Assembly: GCF_006345805.1 (NCBI RefSeq)
Contig: NC_043011.1
Location: 11,284,001 to 11,348,000, forward strand
Length of the DNA: 64,000 bases
DNA from: Octopus sinensis
Taxonomy: Eukaryota
Reading direction: 5' to 3'
Position 1 is the first letter of the stretch; every line of letters starts with the position of its first letter. Under the pieces are notes generated by a model, which ran no database searches, was not told the origin of the DNA, and saw only the letters and a program-made list of their open reading frames with translations. This document shows positions 63,731 through 64,000 of the stretch, one piece after another. The translations under genes and the position numbers were made by a program.

Positions 63731-64000
63731 TTAAATACATTTGATGCAAAAATGTACTTATGTATACATATAAATTTTTTTTAAAAGTCCGACTTACATT
63801 GAATGGAAATGATATCTGGAACTAATGGGGTTGAGTGGGAGTTTTACGAATCCAACAGCTGTTTCTGGGGGCTTTGTGGTTCAAAACAATGCTTGTAGCT
63901 TGATTTCATGGTGAGATACCACCAGCGTCCGTGTTCAGGAAGAATTTTACATTTGAGGTGTTGACAGAATGGAGATTAAAGATGGAATGTAGAACTAAGT

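Noticed and set aside
63850-63915. Further hammerhead-like motif (minus, A-GAAAC-AGCT-GTT)
   Set aside because: The CUGAUGA half is too degraded to call.

Overview
AT-rich, repeat-saturated eukaryotic DNA. The SINE families, (TA)n density and gene content point to an octopus or related cephalopod (inference). Two host genes can be reconstructed, both on +. (1) The 3' end of a TTK/Mps1-like kinase: exons 654-735, 5190-5290 and 11390-11527, phase-compatible. (2) A complete three-exon secreted peptidoglycan recognition protein (PGRP): 24766-24808, 27753-27950 and 41538-41887, giving 196 aa with the amidase Zn ligands intact, plus a TATA box and polyA signal. The rest is mobile DNA: several SINE families, RTE, CR1-like and R4/Dong LINEs, a Neptune-type Penelope-like element (PLE), a decayed Gypsy provirus just upstream of the PGRP promoter, Helitron remnants, and piggyBac, mariner and Merlin-like MITEs. 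The most notable unannotated structure is a type I hammerhead ribozyme with an intact core (1688-1760, -) inside a 1.5-mer of a 429-bp unit (retrozyme or PLE-like), and at least five more degenerate hammerheads lie near (TA)n tracts. Also notable: SINE concatemers with a fixed junction in the loop of the tRNA-like head hairpin, a ~99% identical 1.58-kb inverted duplication bracketing the PGRP promoter and exons 1-2, and a 380-bp fold-back palindrome in PGRP intron 2. All alignments were done by eye; family names rest on remembered motifs, not database searches.
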